The notes below the pieces were generated by a model. It worked only from the letters and a program-made list of their open reading frames with translations, did no database searches and had not been told where the DNA came from. Shown one piece after another: positions 18,941 to 29,056 of a stretch of DNA of 55,552 nucleotides. This DNA comes from Alphaproteobacteria bacterium (GTDB lineage: Bacteria > Pseudomonadota > Alphaproteobacteria > Methylaequorales > Methylaequoraceae), in the NCBI GenBank assembly GCA_045563015.1, contig JBJKUQ010000002.1, forward strand, positions 1 through 55,552, given 5' to 3'. The position numbers and the translations under genes were made by a program. Numbering within the stretch: position 1 is the first letter of the stretch; each line of letters begins with the position of its first letter.

Positions 18941-20032
18941 TTCAATAATATTAGTTGAGCTTCTAATAATTTATCCAAATTGCCGTTTAAAATTGAAGAT
19001 ACATCAGAAATTTCTATCTTAGTTCTATGATCCTTAACCATGGTATACGGTTGCATAATGTAAGATCTTATTTGATTACCCCAACTTATTTCACTTTTTT
19101 GAGATCTAGTTTTCTTTCCTTCCTCTTCTTCCTTAGCTAATTCTAACTCATAAATCTTTGATTTTAACATATCTAAGGCAATAGCTTTATTTCTATGTTG
19201 TGATCGATCACTTTGACACTGAACAACAATTTTTGTTGGTGAATGTGTTATTCTTACAGCACTATCTGTAGTATTGACATGTTGCCCACCTGCCCCTGAA
19301 GCTCTAAAAGTGTCAATTTTCAAATCTTTATCTAAGATTTGAATATTAACCGTACTGTCAACTTCAGGGTAACAAAACACTGATGCAAAACTTGTATGTC
19401 TTCTAGACTGTGAGTCAAAAGGTGAAATTCTTACTAATCTATGAACACCATTTTCAAGCTTTAACCAACCATATGCTTTATCTCCATTAATTTTAATTGT
19501 TACAGATTTTAGTCCTGCTTCATCTCCAATATTTTTATCAACTATTTGAATTTTAAAATTTTTTGATTCAGCCCATCTTGAATACATTCTTAATAGCATT
19601 TCAACCCAATCTTGAGATTCAACTCCACCTGCACCAGAATGAATTTCTAGCAAAACGTTTCTTGAATCAGCTTTACCAGACATGATTGTTTCTATATGAA
19701 GAAGATTTACTTTTTGTCCAATATTTTTTAGTTCACCTTCAAGTTCTTCAAACATTTCATTGTTAGTACTTTCATCAGTTATTTCTAAAAGTTCAACTGT
19801 ATCTTTAAAATTTTTACTCAGGTAATCAATAGATTCAAGAAAGTTAATTATAAAGTTTTGTTTTTTTAAATCTTTATTAAGCTTATCAAAATCCGCCCAA
19901 TTAGTCTCGTCCTCAGTCTTTAATTTTAGACTATCAAGCTCCTTCTTTAATTCTTTCTTTTCAAACAAACCCCCTCAGGTTTTCTAATAAAACCTTTATA
20001 TTATTTATTATTTCAACTAATTCATATTTCAT
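18937..20032 (-). CDS. prfB: Peptide chain release factor 2, with a +1 programmed frameshift after codon 23
   Basis: SPF tripeptide (RISPFD) and GAGGQHVN. The ATG at 20032 opens a 23-codon ORF ending AGG GGG TTT GTT TGA; the body continues in the +1 frame. Confidence 0.95.
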
Positions 20033-22395
20033 TAATAAAATCCTTTAAATTGAAAATCTTCTTCAACACTCTTCTTTGGATCATAATTATCAAATTTAAA
20101 ATTACTTTTAAAGGATTCTGTTATAGGATCATTACTACTTGGTATTCCAGATTGAATATCAATATTAATAAACTTGATTGATTTAGGAATATTAAAAGGT
20201 TTAGGTTTATTTTCTTTATAAACCTTTTTTAAAAAACTCTCAAAAATTGGTGCAGCCACCTTTGATCCTGTCTCATACCTTCCTAATGATTTTGGAACAT
20301 CATAACCAACAAAAACACCTACGGTGATTTCTGAACTAAACCCAATAAACCAAGCATCTTGGTTATCATTCGTCGTTCCAGTTTTACCAGCAACTTGATA
20401 ATCGAACTTATTAATATTTTTTGCTGTTCCCCTTTTAATAACACCCATAAGAAATGATATCATTTGATAAGCTGATTCTTCTGAAAAAATTTTTTCAGAA
20501 TTATTTATAATTTCTGGAAGAGGAATTTTTTCTATTGAAGATTGATCAATTTGTTCTTCAAAGTCAAATAAACAATTTTCACAACTTCTATTATCACCTT
20601 TATAAATTATCTTACCAGAATTATCGTATATGACGTCAATTAACCTTGGTTCAAAACGATAACCTCCATTTGCAATTGCAGAGTATGCTGAGGTAATATT
20701 GATCAATGAACTCTCAAGAGATCCTAGTGAACTTGAAATGAGTGGAGGGAATTCTTCATAAATCTCTAATTTTTTTGATAGATTAGCAATCTTTTCAAGA
20801 CCCAATTGATCGGAAAGTCTTATCGTCATCAAATTTCTTGATTTTTCAATACCAAGTCTAAGTGTACTCAAACCATAGAACTTTTCACCATAATTAGTTG
20901 GTCGCCAAACACCATCTTTTGAGTGGTCATCAATAACGAATGGAGCGTCAAGAATCTTACTTACAGGCGAATAACCATTTTCTAAAGCTGATATATATAC
21001 AAAAGGCTTGAAAGATGATCCTAATTGTCTTCTAGCTTGTGTAGCTCTATTAAATGATGAGCTTGAGTCATATCCTCCAACCATTGCTAAAACTTTTCCG
21101 GTGTTATTTTCAATTACAACCATACCACCATTTACATCAGGAATTTGACTTAATTTGTAATCATCAAGTTTCTCATCATAAGAAATAATAATTATATCAC
21201 CTTCTTTAAAAAAATTTTTCAAAATTTTTTTTTTTGACCTAATAATACTCATATTTTTTTTTAAAACTCTGATTGATTTGTTTTTTTTTGTTGCGACTTC
21301 AATCTCGTTGTCCCTTACAGTTTTAATAATTGCGAGCTCATCGCCAAACAGACCATCAGGATCCTTTTCATTTTGGATAATTTTACTAAAATCCTTAATT
21401 TTTTCTGTAGTAATATTTTTCAAAGGTCCTTTCCAACCAGACCTATTAGTATAATCCATCAAGCCCTTCTTAAAAACTTCCTCTGCTTCGACTTGAAAGA
21501 TTTCATTTAAGGTAGTCATAATAGTTAGTCCTCCATCATATAATTTTTCTTCATTAAATCTTTGAATTATTTCTCTTCTAATTTCTTCTTTAAAAAAAGA
21601 TGCATTATTATTTAATATCTTTTTACTTTTTGATAATTTAATTTTTTTATCTAGATAGATTGAATATTTCTCTATATCAATAAATCTTTCATCCAACAAT
21701 CTTTTTAAAACCCAATTCCTTCTTTTCAATGCACGAATTGAATTCCTATATGGATTGTAACTTGACGGGGCCTTGGGAAGAGCTGCCAAAATTGCCATTT
21801 CATGTAAGTCTAGATCTGAAACTGATTTGTTAAAGTAATTTAATGACGCTGATGCAATTCCATATGATCCATTACCTAAATAAATTTCGTTAAGATATAG
21901 CTCCATTATTTGCTCCTTTGTTAAAACCTTTTCCATTCTCAAAGCAATAATAATTTCCTTGATTTTTCTTGTATATGAAATTTCGTTTGTTAAAAGAAAA
22001 TTTTTGGCAACCTGCTGCGTTATTGTCGATGCCCCTTCCAATCTCTTGTTGGTAAATGTATTAGAAATATTTTTTAAGAATGCTCTGACTATTCCTCTAT
22101 AATCAATACCTATGTGATTAAAAAAATTAATATCTTCTGTAACTAGAAAACAATCTATAAGTTCTTTAGGAATGTCATCAAAACTAATAAAAACTCTATT
22201 TTCATTGGAATAATCCTCCAAAAAATTTCCACTAGATGTGTAAATTTTTGATACCAACCTTGGGTTATAGGAAGATAATTTGTCAAAACTTGGAAGATCT
22301 TTACCAAAAAAATATAGAATAAAAACTGCAACAAAGAAGAAACTAAAAAAACCTATTAGAATTAAACTCAATAAATTAATAAACTTTTTAACCAT
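20032..22395 (-). CDS. mrcA: Penicillin-binding protein 1A
   Basis: Transglycosylase motifs EDxxF..H.G, GASTITQQ, RKIKE; transpeptidase motifs SSFK, SRN, KTGT. Confidence 0.95.
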   Translation of the reverse strand: MVKKFINLLSLILIGFFSFFFVAVFILYFFGKDLPSFDKLSSYNPRLVSKIYTSSGNFLEDYSNENRVFISFDDIPKELIDCFLVTEDINFFNHIGIDYRGIVRAFLKNISNTFTNKRLEGASTITQQVAKNFLLTNEISYTRKIKEIIIALRMEKVLTKEQIMELYLNEIYLGNGSYGIASASLNYFNKSVSDLDLHEMAILAALPKAPSSYNPYRNSIRALKRRNWVLKRLLDERFIDIEKYSIYLDKKIKLSKSKKILNNNASFFKEEIRREIIQRFNEEKLYDGGLTIMTTLNEIFQVEAEEVFKKGLMDYTNRSGWKGPLKNITTEKIKDFSKIIQNEKDPDGLFGDELAIIKTVRDNEIEVATKKNKSIRVLKKNMSIIRSKKKILKNFFKEGDIIIISYDEKLDDYKLSQIPDVNGGMVVIENNTGKVLAMVGGYDSSSSFNRATQARRQLGSSFKPFVYISALENGYSPVSKILDAPFVIDDHSKDGVWRPTNYGEKFYGLSTLRLGIEKSRNLMTIRLSDQLGLEKIANLSKKLEIYEEFPPLISSSLGSLESSLINITSAYSAIANGGYRFEPRLIDVIYDNSGKIIYKGDNRSCENCLFDFEEQIDQSSIEKIPLPEIINNSEKIFSEESAYQMISFLMGVIKRGTAKNINKFDYQVAGKTGTTNDNQDAWFIGFSSEITVGVFVGYDVPKSLGRYETGSKVAAPIFESFLKKVYKENKPKPFNIPKSIKFINIDIQSGIPSSNDPITESFKSNFKFDNYDPKKSVEEDFQFKGFY

Positions 22396-22403
22396 ATAGA
22401 ACC

Positions 22404-23471
22404 TTAATTATCATACTTATTTTTCCATTTAAAATAATTTTTTATTGCTTTTACAATATCATCAGTGATTTTATTTTGATATGACTTATCTATCAAGAGT
22501 CTAGAATCTTCTAAATTAGATAAATAACCCATTTCAATTAAAACTGAAGGAATATCAAGTGATTTTAAAACTGTAAAACCTGCAAATCTATGGGCTCTTC
22601 TAAGAAGGTTCATATCATTTTTAAATTCTTTGATTAAAAAGTTTACAAGATGACTGGACTGATTAAGTGTTTCTCTTTTGGTAAGATCTATCAAAATATT
22701 AGTGACTTCAGAACTCTCTAATGACAAATCAACATTACCCAAAAAGTCTGAACTATTTTCTCTTTTAGCTAGAGCTCCTGCTTCCTTATCTGATGCTTTT
22801 TCTGATAATGTGTACAAAGATATTCCTCTTGTTCTTTTATTTTTATTTGAATCTGCATGTAAAGATATAAATATATCGGCGTTAAATTTTTTAGCAATGT
22901 CAGTTCTTTCCCTAAGTTTCAGATAAATATCTTCTTTTCTAGTTAAAATGACATTATAATCCGTTAAACTCTCAAACTTTTTTTTTAATAAAATACCTAC
23001 TTTTAAAGTTATATTCTTTTCAAGTTGTTTTCTTATTCCAACTGCACCTGAATCCTTACCACCATGACCAGGATCAATAATTATAGTTCTTCTTTTTTTT
23101 TTCTTTTTTAAGTAGTCTACTACAATTCTAGAATAAGAATTGTTCTTTTTTTTTAAAATATAAATATTTGGTTCATATATTTTTTGCTTAAAATTTATAG
23201 TGATAACATTCTTAGTGATATCAAATAAAATATTTTCTAAATCCTTGTTTTTATTTAATTTTTTCTTCAAAAAAACTTTATTATCAAAAAAAATTTTTAT
23301 TTGTTTTGATTCAGTTTGGCTTTTAAATGTAATGTCATCAGTTAAATCAAAAACTAATCTGCTAATCTCACCATTAGAACCGTATCTTATATTTTTAATT
23401 TCAATTGAGAATAATTCAGTGCTATAAAATAATAATAATAAATATAGAATAATGTTATTGGTAACTTTCAA
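22404..23471 (-). CDS. amiC: N-acetylmuramoyl-L-alanine amidase (AmiC-like, with AMIN domain)
   Basis: IDPGHGGKDSGA, LEK, FISLHAD, PSVLIEMGY. Probable TTG start at 23471 precedes a signal peptide. Confidence 0.88.
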   Translation of the reverse strand: MKVTNNIILYLLLLFYSTELFSIEIKNIRYGSNGEISRLVFDLTDDITFKSQTESKQIKIFFDNKVFLKKKLNKNKDLENILFDITKNVITINFKQKIYEPNIYILKKKNNSYSRIVVDYLKKKKKRRTIIIDPGHGGKDSGAVGIRKQLEKNITLKVGILLKKKFESLTDYNVILTRKEDIYLKLRERTDIAKKFNADIFISLHADSNKNKRTRGISLYTLSEKASDKEAGALAKRENSSDFLGNVDLSLESSEVTNILIDLTKRETLNQSSHLVNFLIKEFKNDMNLLRRAHRFAGFTVLKSLDIPSVLIEMGYLSNLEDSRLLIDKSYQNKITDDIVKAIKNYFKWKNKYDN

Positions 23472-23602
23472 TTTTGTTATTGATTGGATTATACTAAATA
23501 TAGTGGTTTTTTTACAAAAAAAAACAATATCTTCTTTTTTTTTGTAATTTGTTAGAAAATACATAATAATTGATATCAATGATTTAAAAGGAAAATGAAA
23601 AA

Positions 23603-25690
23603 ATGAAGAAAATGTTAATCGATGCAAACCTTGAAAATGAGGTAAGGGTTGCAATTGTTGAAGGTAATAATCTTATAGACTATGAATCTGAAAAAGTTAA
23701 GAATGAAAGAATAAAAGGTAATATTTATTTAGCAAAAATTGTAAGAGTCGAACCATCACTTCAAGCAGCTTTTGTTGATTACGGGGGAAATAAACATGGC
23801 TTTCTTGCATATAATGAAATACATCCAGATTATTTCAAAATTCCAACGGCTGATAAAAAAAAATTATTAGAACAAGAACTCCAAGCCTCACAAAACATAA
23901 ACATCAATGAGGAAGAAGAAAGTGAACCTTTTGTTAATGAAAGCTTTCAAGAAAATCAAAATGCAAATTCACCAATTGATAAAAACTTAACAGGTAATGA
24001 AGGTTTTTTGTCAAGAATTTTTGATTTTTTTAATTATAAACCACTTGATGATTTTTCCACAACTAGAGTAAAAAGAAAGAGAAGTTTTAAACCTTCAAAA
24101 AAAAATAAACCCATAATTTTTCACCGAAAGTATACCATTCAAGAAGTCATTAAAAGTAATCAGGTAATTTTAATTCAAGTTGTAAAAGAAGAAAGAGGTA
24201 ATAAGGGTGCTGCAGTTACAACTAGACTCTCATTAGCTGGAAAATATTGTGTTCTGATGCCTAATACTAATAAAGGTGGAGGTATTTCAAGAAAAATAGC
24301 GGATCTAAAATTAAGAAAAAGATTAAAAGAAGTTGTTAGTAAATTAAAAATTAAAGCAGGCATGGGGGTTATAATTAGAACTGCAGGAGAGTCTATGGGT
24401 TTAAAAGAAATAAAGAGAGACTACAATACCATGATAAAATTGTGGAAAGAAATAACTTCAAAAACAATTAAATCTAATGCACCTTGTCTGATTCATGAAG
24501 AAGATAATCTAATTACGAGATGCTTAAGAGATTATTTTGACGCAACTTATGAAAGTATCTATGTAAACAACAAGCAAACTTTAATTAAATGTAAAGAGAT
24601 TGTAAAACAATTTATGCCTCAATCAGTTAAACAGATAAAGTTTTATAAGGATAAAAAGCCTTTATTTTTTAACCAAGGAATTGAAAAAAAAATTGTTGAT
24701 ATTAACAATCCTGTTGTCAATCTGAAATCTGGTGGCTACTTGGTAATAAATCAAACGGAAGCCTTAGTTGCAATTGACATTAATTCTGGGAAATTTACAA
24801 AGAATAGAAATATTGAAGATACTGCATTCCAAACTAATCTTGAGGCTGCAGAAGAAATTAGTCGACAAATTAAAATAAGAGATTTAGCAGGACTAGTTGT
24901 TATAGATTTTATTGATATGTTAGAAAGAAATCATAATTTTAAAGTTGAAAAAAGGTTAAAAGATTTCTTAAAAAATGATCGAGCAAGGATTCAAATTGGA
25001 AGAATTAGTAGTTTTGGATTATTAGAACTATCTAGACAAAGATTAAAAGTAACAGAAGATTCAAAAATTTCACAAAAATGTAGTCATTGCAATGGCTATG
25101 GTAGCAGTCCTTCATATGATTTTTTATCAAATCAAATTTTAAGAGTTTACAATGAAATTTGTTTGGAAAAACCTCAAGATAAAATATCTGTTTTATGCAA
25201 TGAAATACTTGGTGAAAAACTAAATGAGTGTAATCTAAAAAGAATCTCCAATAAGCAAAATATAAAAATTCAAGTCTTTAATAAACTCAATAATTTTGAC
25301 TTTATAATTTGTAAATATAATGAGGTTCTTTATAAAAATTTTAATTCTGATGTAGACTTAGAATTATTAAACAAAGTGCTAAAAATTAAAAAAAATGACA
25401 AAAGTAGCAAAAAAAATGAAAAAACTTATGATAACACAAAAAAAATAAATGAAAAAATAATTCCTCTAGAAAATAAATTAACAAAATCTGATGAAAAAAA
25501 TAATGAAGCTAATGAAGAAGTAATGAAGCTAAAGCGAAAAAGTTATAGAAAGAAAGTTACAGACTTAAAAGGTAAAAGAAACTCCAAAAACATATCATCT
25601 AAAAGGTCTAAGGAAAGACAAGATCAAAATATTGAAGTGTTAAAAGAACAAGAAAAAACTGAAAAAAGGCAAGGGTGGTGGAGTCAGTAA
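23603..25690 (+). CDS. rne: Ribonuclease E
   Basis: KGNIY..RVEPSLQAAFV, KEERGNKGA, AIDINSG, RDLAGLVVIDFIDM, CxxC Zn-link, terminal GWW. Confidence 0.95.
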   Translation: MKKMLIDANLENEVRVAIVEGNNLIDYESEKVKNERIKGNIYLAKIVRVEPSLQAAFVDYGGNKHGFLAYNEIHPDYFKIPTADKKKLLEQELQASQNININEEEESEPFVNESFQENQNANSPIDKNLTGNEGFLSRIFDFFNYKPLDDFSTTRVKRKRSFKPSKKNKPIIFHRKYTIQEVIKSNQVILIQVVKEERGNKGAAVTTRLSLAGKYCVLMPNTNKGGGISRKIADLKLRKRLKEVVSKLKIKAGMGVIIRTAGESMGLKEIKRDYNTMIKLWKEITSKTIKSNAPCLIHEEDNLITRCLRDYFDATYESIYVNNKQTLIKCKEIVKQFMPQSVKQIKFYKDKKPLFFNQGIEKKIVDINNPVVNLKSGGYLVINQTEALVAIDINSGKFTKNRNIEDTAFQTNLEAAEEISRQIKIRDLAGLVVIDFIDMLERNHNFKVEKRLKDFLKNDRARIQIGRISSFGLLELSRQRLKVTEDSKISQKCSHCNGYGSSPSYDFLSNQILRVYNEICLEKPQDKISVLCNEILGEKLNECNLKRISNKQNIKIQVFNKLNNFDFIICKYNEVLYKNFNSDVDLELLNKVLKIKKNDKSSKKNEKTYDNTKKINEKIIPLENKLTKSDEKNNEANEEVMKLKRKSYRKKVTDLKGKRNSKNISSKRSKERQDQNIEVLKEQEKTEKRQGWWSQ

Positions 25691-26850
25691 TTTTTTAAAA
25701 ACCAATTGGTAAGCTTCTCTGTTGCTTTTTCAACAATATTTTTTTTACATGAAAATGCTAGCCTCATTGTTTTGTGACCATTTATTTTGTCAAAATCTGT
25801 TCCGGGTGTCAAAACAACCCCTGTTTCTCGAAGTATCCTGCTAACTAGCTTACTTGAATCATCGTGAAAATCACTCACATCAAGGTAGTAATAAAAAGCT
25901 CCACTTGGTTTAAAAAACTTCAATCTCTTAAATTTGGATAAATTCTGTGACACTACATTTTTATTTACAGAGTATTTAGAAACAATTTTATCAAGACTGT
26001 CCAAACAGTCAAAAACCTTTATTGCTGAGTATTGAGAAATACTACCAGATGAAATAAAAATATTTTGAGAAAGTTTCAAAAAATTTTCTTTTAAATAATC
26101 CGGGATAATAGTCCAACCTAACCTCCAACCAGGCATACAAAAATATTTTGAAAAGCTATTTATTATAATTGAATCAGATCCAAAATTTAATACTGATTTT
26201 GAATATTGTTTATCGTATTCAATACCATGATAGATTTCATCCGAAATAAGAGTAATATTATTACTTTCGCAAAATTTATATATATATTCAAGCTCCTTAT
26301 CTGAGAAAATCTGACCATTTGGGTTATTAGGGTTAGAAATAATTAAGCCATCTAAAAATTTATAGCTTTCAACTTTTTTTATATCAATTTTACAAATATT
26401 ATCTTTGTTTGGTTCAATTTCAATTACATCTAGATCTAAAGATCTTAAAATATTTCTATAAGCTGGGTAAGCTGGATTGAATATACCAACTTTCTTTTTT
26501 GCATCAAAACATGACAAGAAACTGAGTAGAAAAGCACCAGAGGAACCCGTAGTAATAAAAATATTATCTGGATTTATATTTAATTTGTATTTTAATTTAT
26601 AATATTCTGAAATTTTTAGTCTTAAATCAACAATGCCATTAGAAGGAGTGTATCCAGGTAAATTATGATTAAGAAGTTCTTTTATTTTATTTTTTACTTC
26701 TATTGGTGTTGATACTTGAGGTTCTCCTAATTCAAGGTGATATATGATTTTTCCTGTTTTCTCTATATCATTTGCTTTGGATAGCATTTGCATTACTGCA
26801 AATGCATCTACTTTAGATCTATTTGATGGAAAAAAAAAATTATTATTCAT
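25684..26850 (-). CDS. Class I/II PLP-dependent (aspartate-type) aminotransferase
   Basis: HLELGEP, SNPNNPNG, SDEIYHG, NSFSKYFCMPGWRLGW. Confidence 0.9.
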   Translation of the reverse strand: MNNNFFFPSNRSKVDAFAVMQMLSKANDIEKTGKIIYHLELGEPQVSTPIEVKNKIKELLNHNLPGYTPSNGIVDLRLKISEYYKLKYKLNINPDNIFITTGSSGAFLLSFLSCFDAKKKVGIFNPAYPAYRNILRSLDLDVIEIEPNKDNICKIDIKKVESYKFLDGLIISNPNNPNGQIFSDKELEYIYKFCESNNITLISDEIYHGIEYDKQYSKSVLNFGSDSIIINSFSKYFCMPGWRLGWTIIPDYLKENFLKLSQNIFISSGSISQYSAIKVFDCLDSLDKIVSKYSVNKNVVSQNLSKFKRLKFFKPSGAFYYYLDVSDFHDDSSKLVSRILRETGVVLTPGTDFDKINGHKTMRLAFSCKKNIVEKATEKLTNWFLKNY

Positions 26851-26887
26851 TTTTATAAATATAAAAAAAAATTACTATAACATTAAT

Positions 26888-28192
26888 ATGAGGTCATTTA
26901 TAATTTTTTTACTTACGGCCTTCTCTCTTTCTGTTTCACATTCAAGTGAACTAAATATAATGAGAGATGCAGAAACTGAAAACCTTTTTAAGGAAATATC
27001 TCGTCAACTAATAAAAGATAATAACTTAAATTTAGGTGAAATTAACTTTTTCATTGATAACAAAGAATATGTTAATGCTTTTGTAATTCCAGGACAGAAA
27101 ATATTCATAACAAAAGGCTTAATAATTGAAAGTAAAGGGTTAGAGGATATTGCTGGTGTTATTGCACATGAAATTGGTCATATTGTAGGTGGACATTTTT
27201 CTAATAAAATGAAGGCTATGGAAAAGTCATCAATGATAAATATAATTTCTTCAATCTTAGCTGCAGGAGCAATTGCTGCCGGTGCTGGACAAGCAGGAAC
27301 AGCAATCCTTCTTGGAGGGCAGAAGTTAGGTTCAGCTAGTTTTTTATCTTTCTCGAGAACGCAAGAATCATTAGCAGATCAGAATGCTATAAGACTTTTA
27401 AAAAAGTCAGGGTTCTCATTACAAGGTATTCTAAATGTTTTTAAAGTTTTAGAAAAAAATGAAAGTCTAAAAAAAATTAACCCTTATCTTTTAACTCACC
27501 CATTATCAAGTGAAAGAAAAAAATATGTAGAGTTTAATTTAAAAGATCAAAAACTTAAAAATTTTAAAAACCTAGAAAATAAATTTTTGTTAGTTAAAGC
27601 GAAAGTTCACGGATTTTTCTTAAATGATAGAGATTTGCAATTTCTTTACCCAAAAAAAGAAAGTATTCAAAGTCTTTATGCTTACTCATTAAGATACTAC
27701 AAAATTGGAAAAATTAAAGATGCGCTATTATCCATACAAAAATGTATAAACTTAGATAAAAAAAACCCATATTTCTACGAATTAAAAGGACAGATTTTAT
27801 TTGAAAATGGAATGATAAACAAATCAATAGTAGCTTTCAGAAAAGCAAAAGAACTTAAACCTGATGAAAAAAGTTTTAATTTATTTTTAGCAAAATCTTT
27901 GTATCACTCCAAGCAAAAGGAGTTACGTCAAGAATCCATTAAACTACTTTGGTCATACATTAAAGATGATGATTTTCCTTATGATGCATGGCACTATTTA
28001 GGATTAAATTATGGTAAATTAAAAAAACACGATTATTCATCCTATGCTCTTGCCGAAAAATATTTATTAGTTAATGAATTAAATAATGCTAAGATACATA
28101 TTCAAAGAGCAAAAAGAATTTCTAATGACCCAGTTTTAATCAATAAAATCTCCGATTTAGAAAAGGAAATAATTAAAAGAGAATCTAAATGA
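26888..28192 (+). CDS. M48 metalloprotease with TPR repeats (BepA-like)
   Basis: Signal peptide from the ATG at 26888, VNAF, AHEIGH, FSRTQE..AD, YLLTHP, TPR C-terminus. Confidence 0.9.
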   Translation: MRSFIIFLLTAFSLSVSHSSELNIMRDAETENLFKEISRQLIKDNNLNLGEINFFIDNKEYVNAFVIPGQKIFITKGLIIESKGLEDIAGVIAHEIGHIVGGHFSNKMKAMEKSSMINIISSILAAGAIAAGAGQAGTAILLGGQKLGSASFLSFSRTQESLADQNAIRLLKKSGFSLQGILNVFKVLEKNESLKKINPYLLTHPLSSERKKYVEFNLKDQKLKNFKNLENKFLLVKAKVHGFFLNDRDLQFLYPKKESIQSLYAYSLRYYKIGKIKDALLSIQKCINLDKKNPYFYELKGQILFENGMINKSIVAFRKAKELKPDEKSFNLFLAKSLYHSKQKELRQESIKLLWSYIKDDDFPYDAWHYLGLNYGKLKKHDYSSYALAEKYLLVNELNNAKIHIQRAKRISNDPVLINKISDLEKEIIKRESK

Positions 28193-28626
28193 AAAAAGTT
28201 ATAATTATAAATGGTCCAAACTTAAACATGCTAGGAAAAAGAGAACCAGAATTTTATGGTAAAGATACACTTAAAAATATAGAAGATAAATGTATAAAAG
28301 AATCCAAAGACCTTGGTATAGAGATATCTTTTTTTCAAAGTAATCACGAAGGTGAATTAATTGATAAAATTCAGAAAAGCACCTCATTTGATGGTCTTAT
28401 AATTAATGCAGGCGCTTTAACACATACATCAATTGCAATACATGATGCATTAAAGACTTTAAAAATTTCAAAAATTGAGATTCATATTTCTAATATCTAT
28501 TCCAGAGAAAATTTTAGAAAAAACTCTTTCATAAGTTCAGTTGTAGATGGTATTATTGCTGGCTTTGGAACTCATGTTTATATAATGGCTTTAAACTCTG
28601 TAAAAATGTTAATTAAAAATGAATAA
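28189..28626 (+). CDS. aroQ: Type II 3-dehydroquinate dehydratase
   Basis: NGPNLNMLGKREP.FYG, QSNHEG, THTSIA, EIHISN. Confidence 0.96.
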   Translation: MKKVIIINGPNLNMLGKREPEFYGKDTLKNIEDKCIKESKDLGIEISFFQSNHEGELIDKIQKSTSFDGLIINAGALTHTSIAIHDALKTLKISKIEIHISNIYSRENFRKNSFISSVVDGIIAGFGTHVYIMALNSVKMLIKNE

Positions 28627-29056
28627 AATCACAAAAAAAATTCTTGAGGATATTGAAACTTTATCTAACACTATGGATAAAAACAATCTTTCAGAAATTG
28701 AATACAAAGATGAATCCTCTAGCTTTAAACTCAAAAAAAACTTTGCATTAAAAAATACACTGGAATCTAACATTTTAAAGGATCAAAAATTAAAAAAAGA
28801 TGAAGTAGTAATAAATCCCTCAGAGAAAGCACTTAAATCTCCCTTAGTTGGTACTGCTTATCTAACCCCTGAACCTGGTGCAAAACAATTCATAGAAATT
28901 GGTCAAAATGTAAAAATAGGTCAAGTTTTACTTATAATTGAGGCAATGAAAACTATGAATGAAATTACGGCTGATAAAAATGGAAAAATAAAAAATATTT
29001 TTGTGAAAAATGAATCTCCAGTAGAGTTCGGTGAACCACTAGTTTTAATTGAGTGA
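28619..29056 (+). CDS. accB: Acetyl-CoA carboxylase biotin carboxyl carrier protein
   Basis: SPLVGT, IIEAMKTMNEI, PVEFGEPL. Confidence 0.96.
   Translation: MNKITKKILEDIETLSNTMDKNNLSEIEYKDESSSFKLKKNFALKNTLESNILKDQKLKKDEVVINPSEKALKSPLVGTAYLTPEPGAKQFIEIGQNVKIGQVLLIIEAMKTMNEITADKNGKIKNIFVKNESPVEFGEPLVLIE

Noticed and set aside
23472-23654. 61-codon N-terminal extension of the amidase ORF overlapping the rne start
   Set aside because: The signal peptide begins near the TTG at 23471. The extension spans the divergent promoter region and is most likely a chance open frame.
26744-26887. N-terminal extension of the M48 protease ORF
   Set aside because: It overlaps the divergent aminotransferase gene. 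The ATG at 26888 gives a normal signal peptide.
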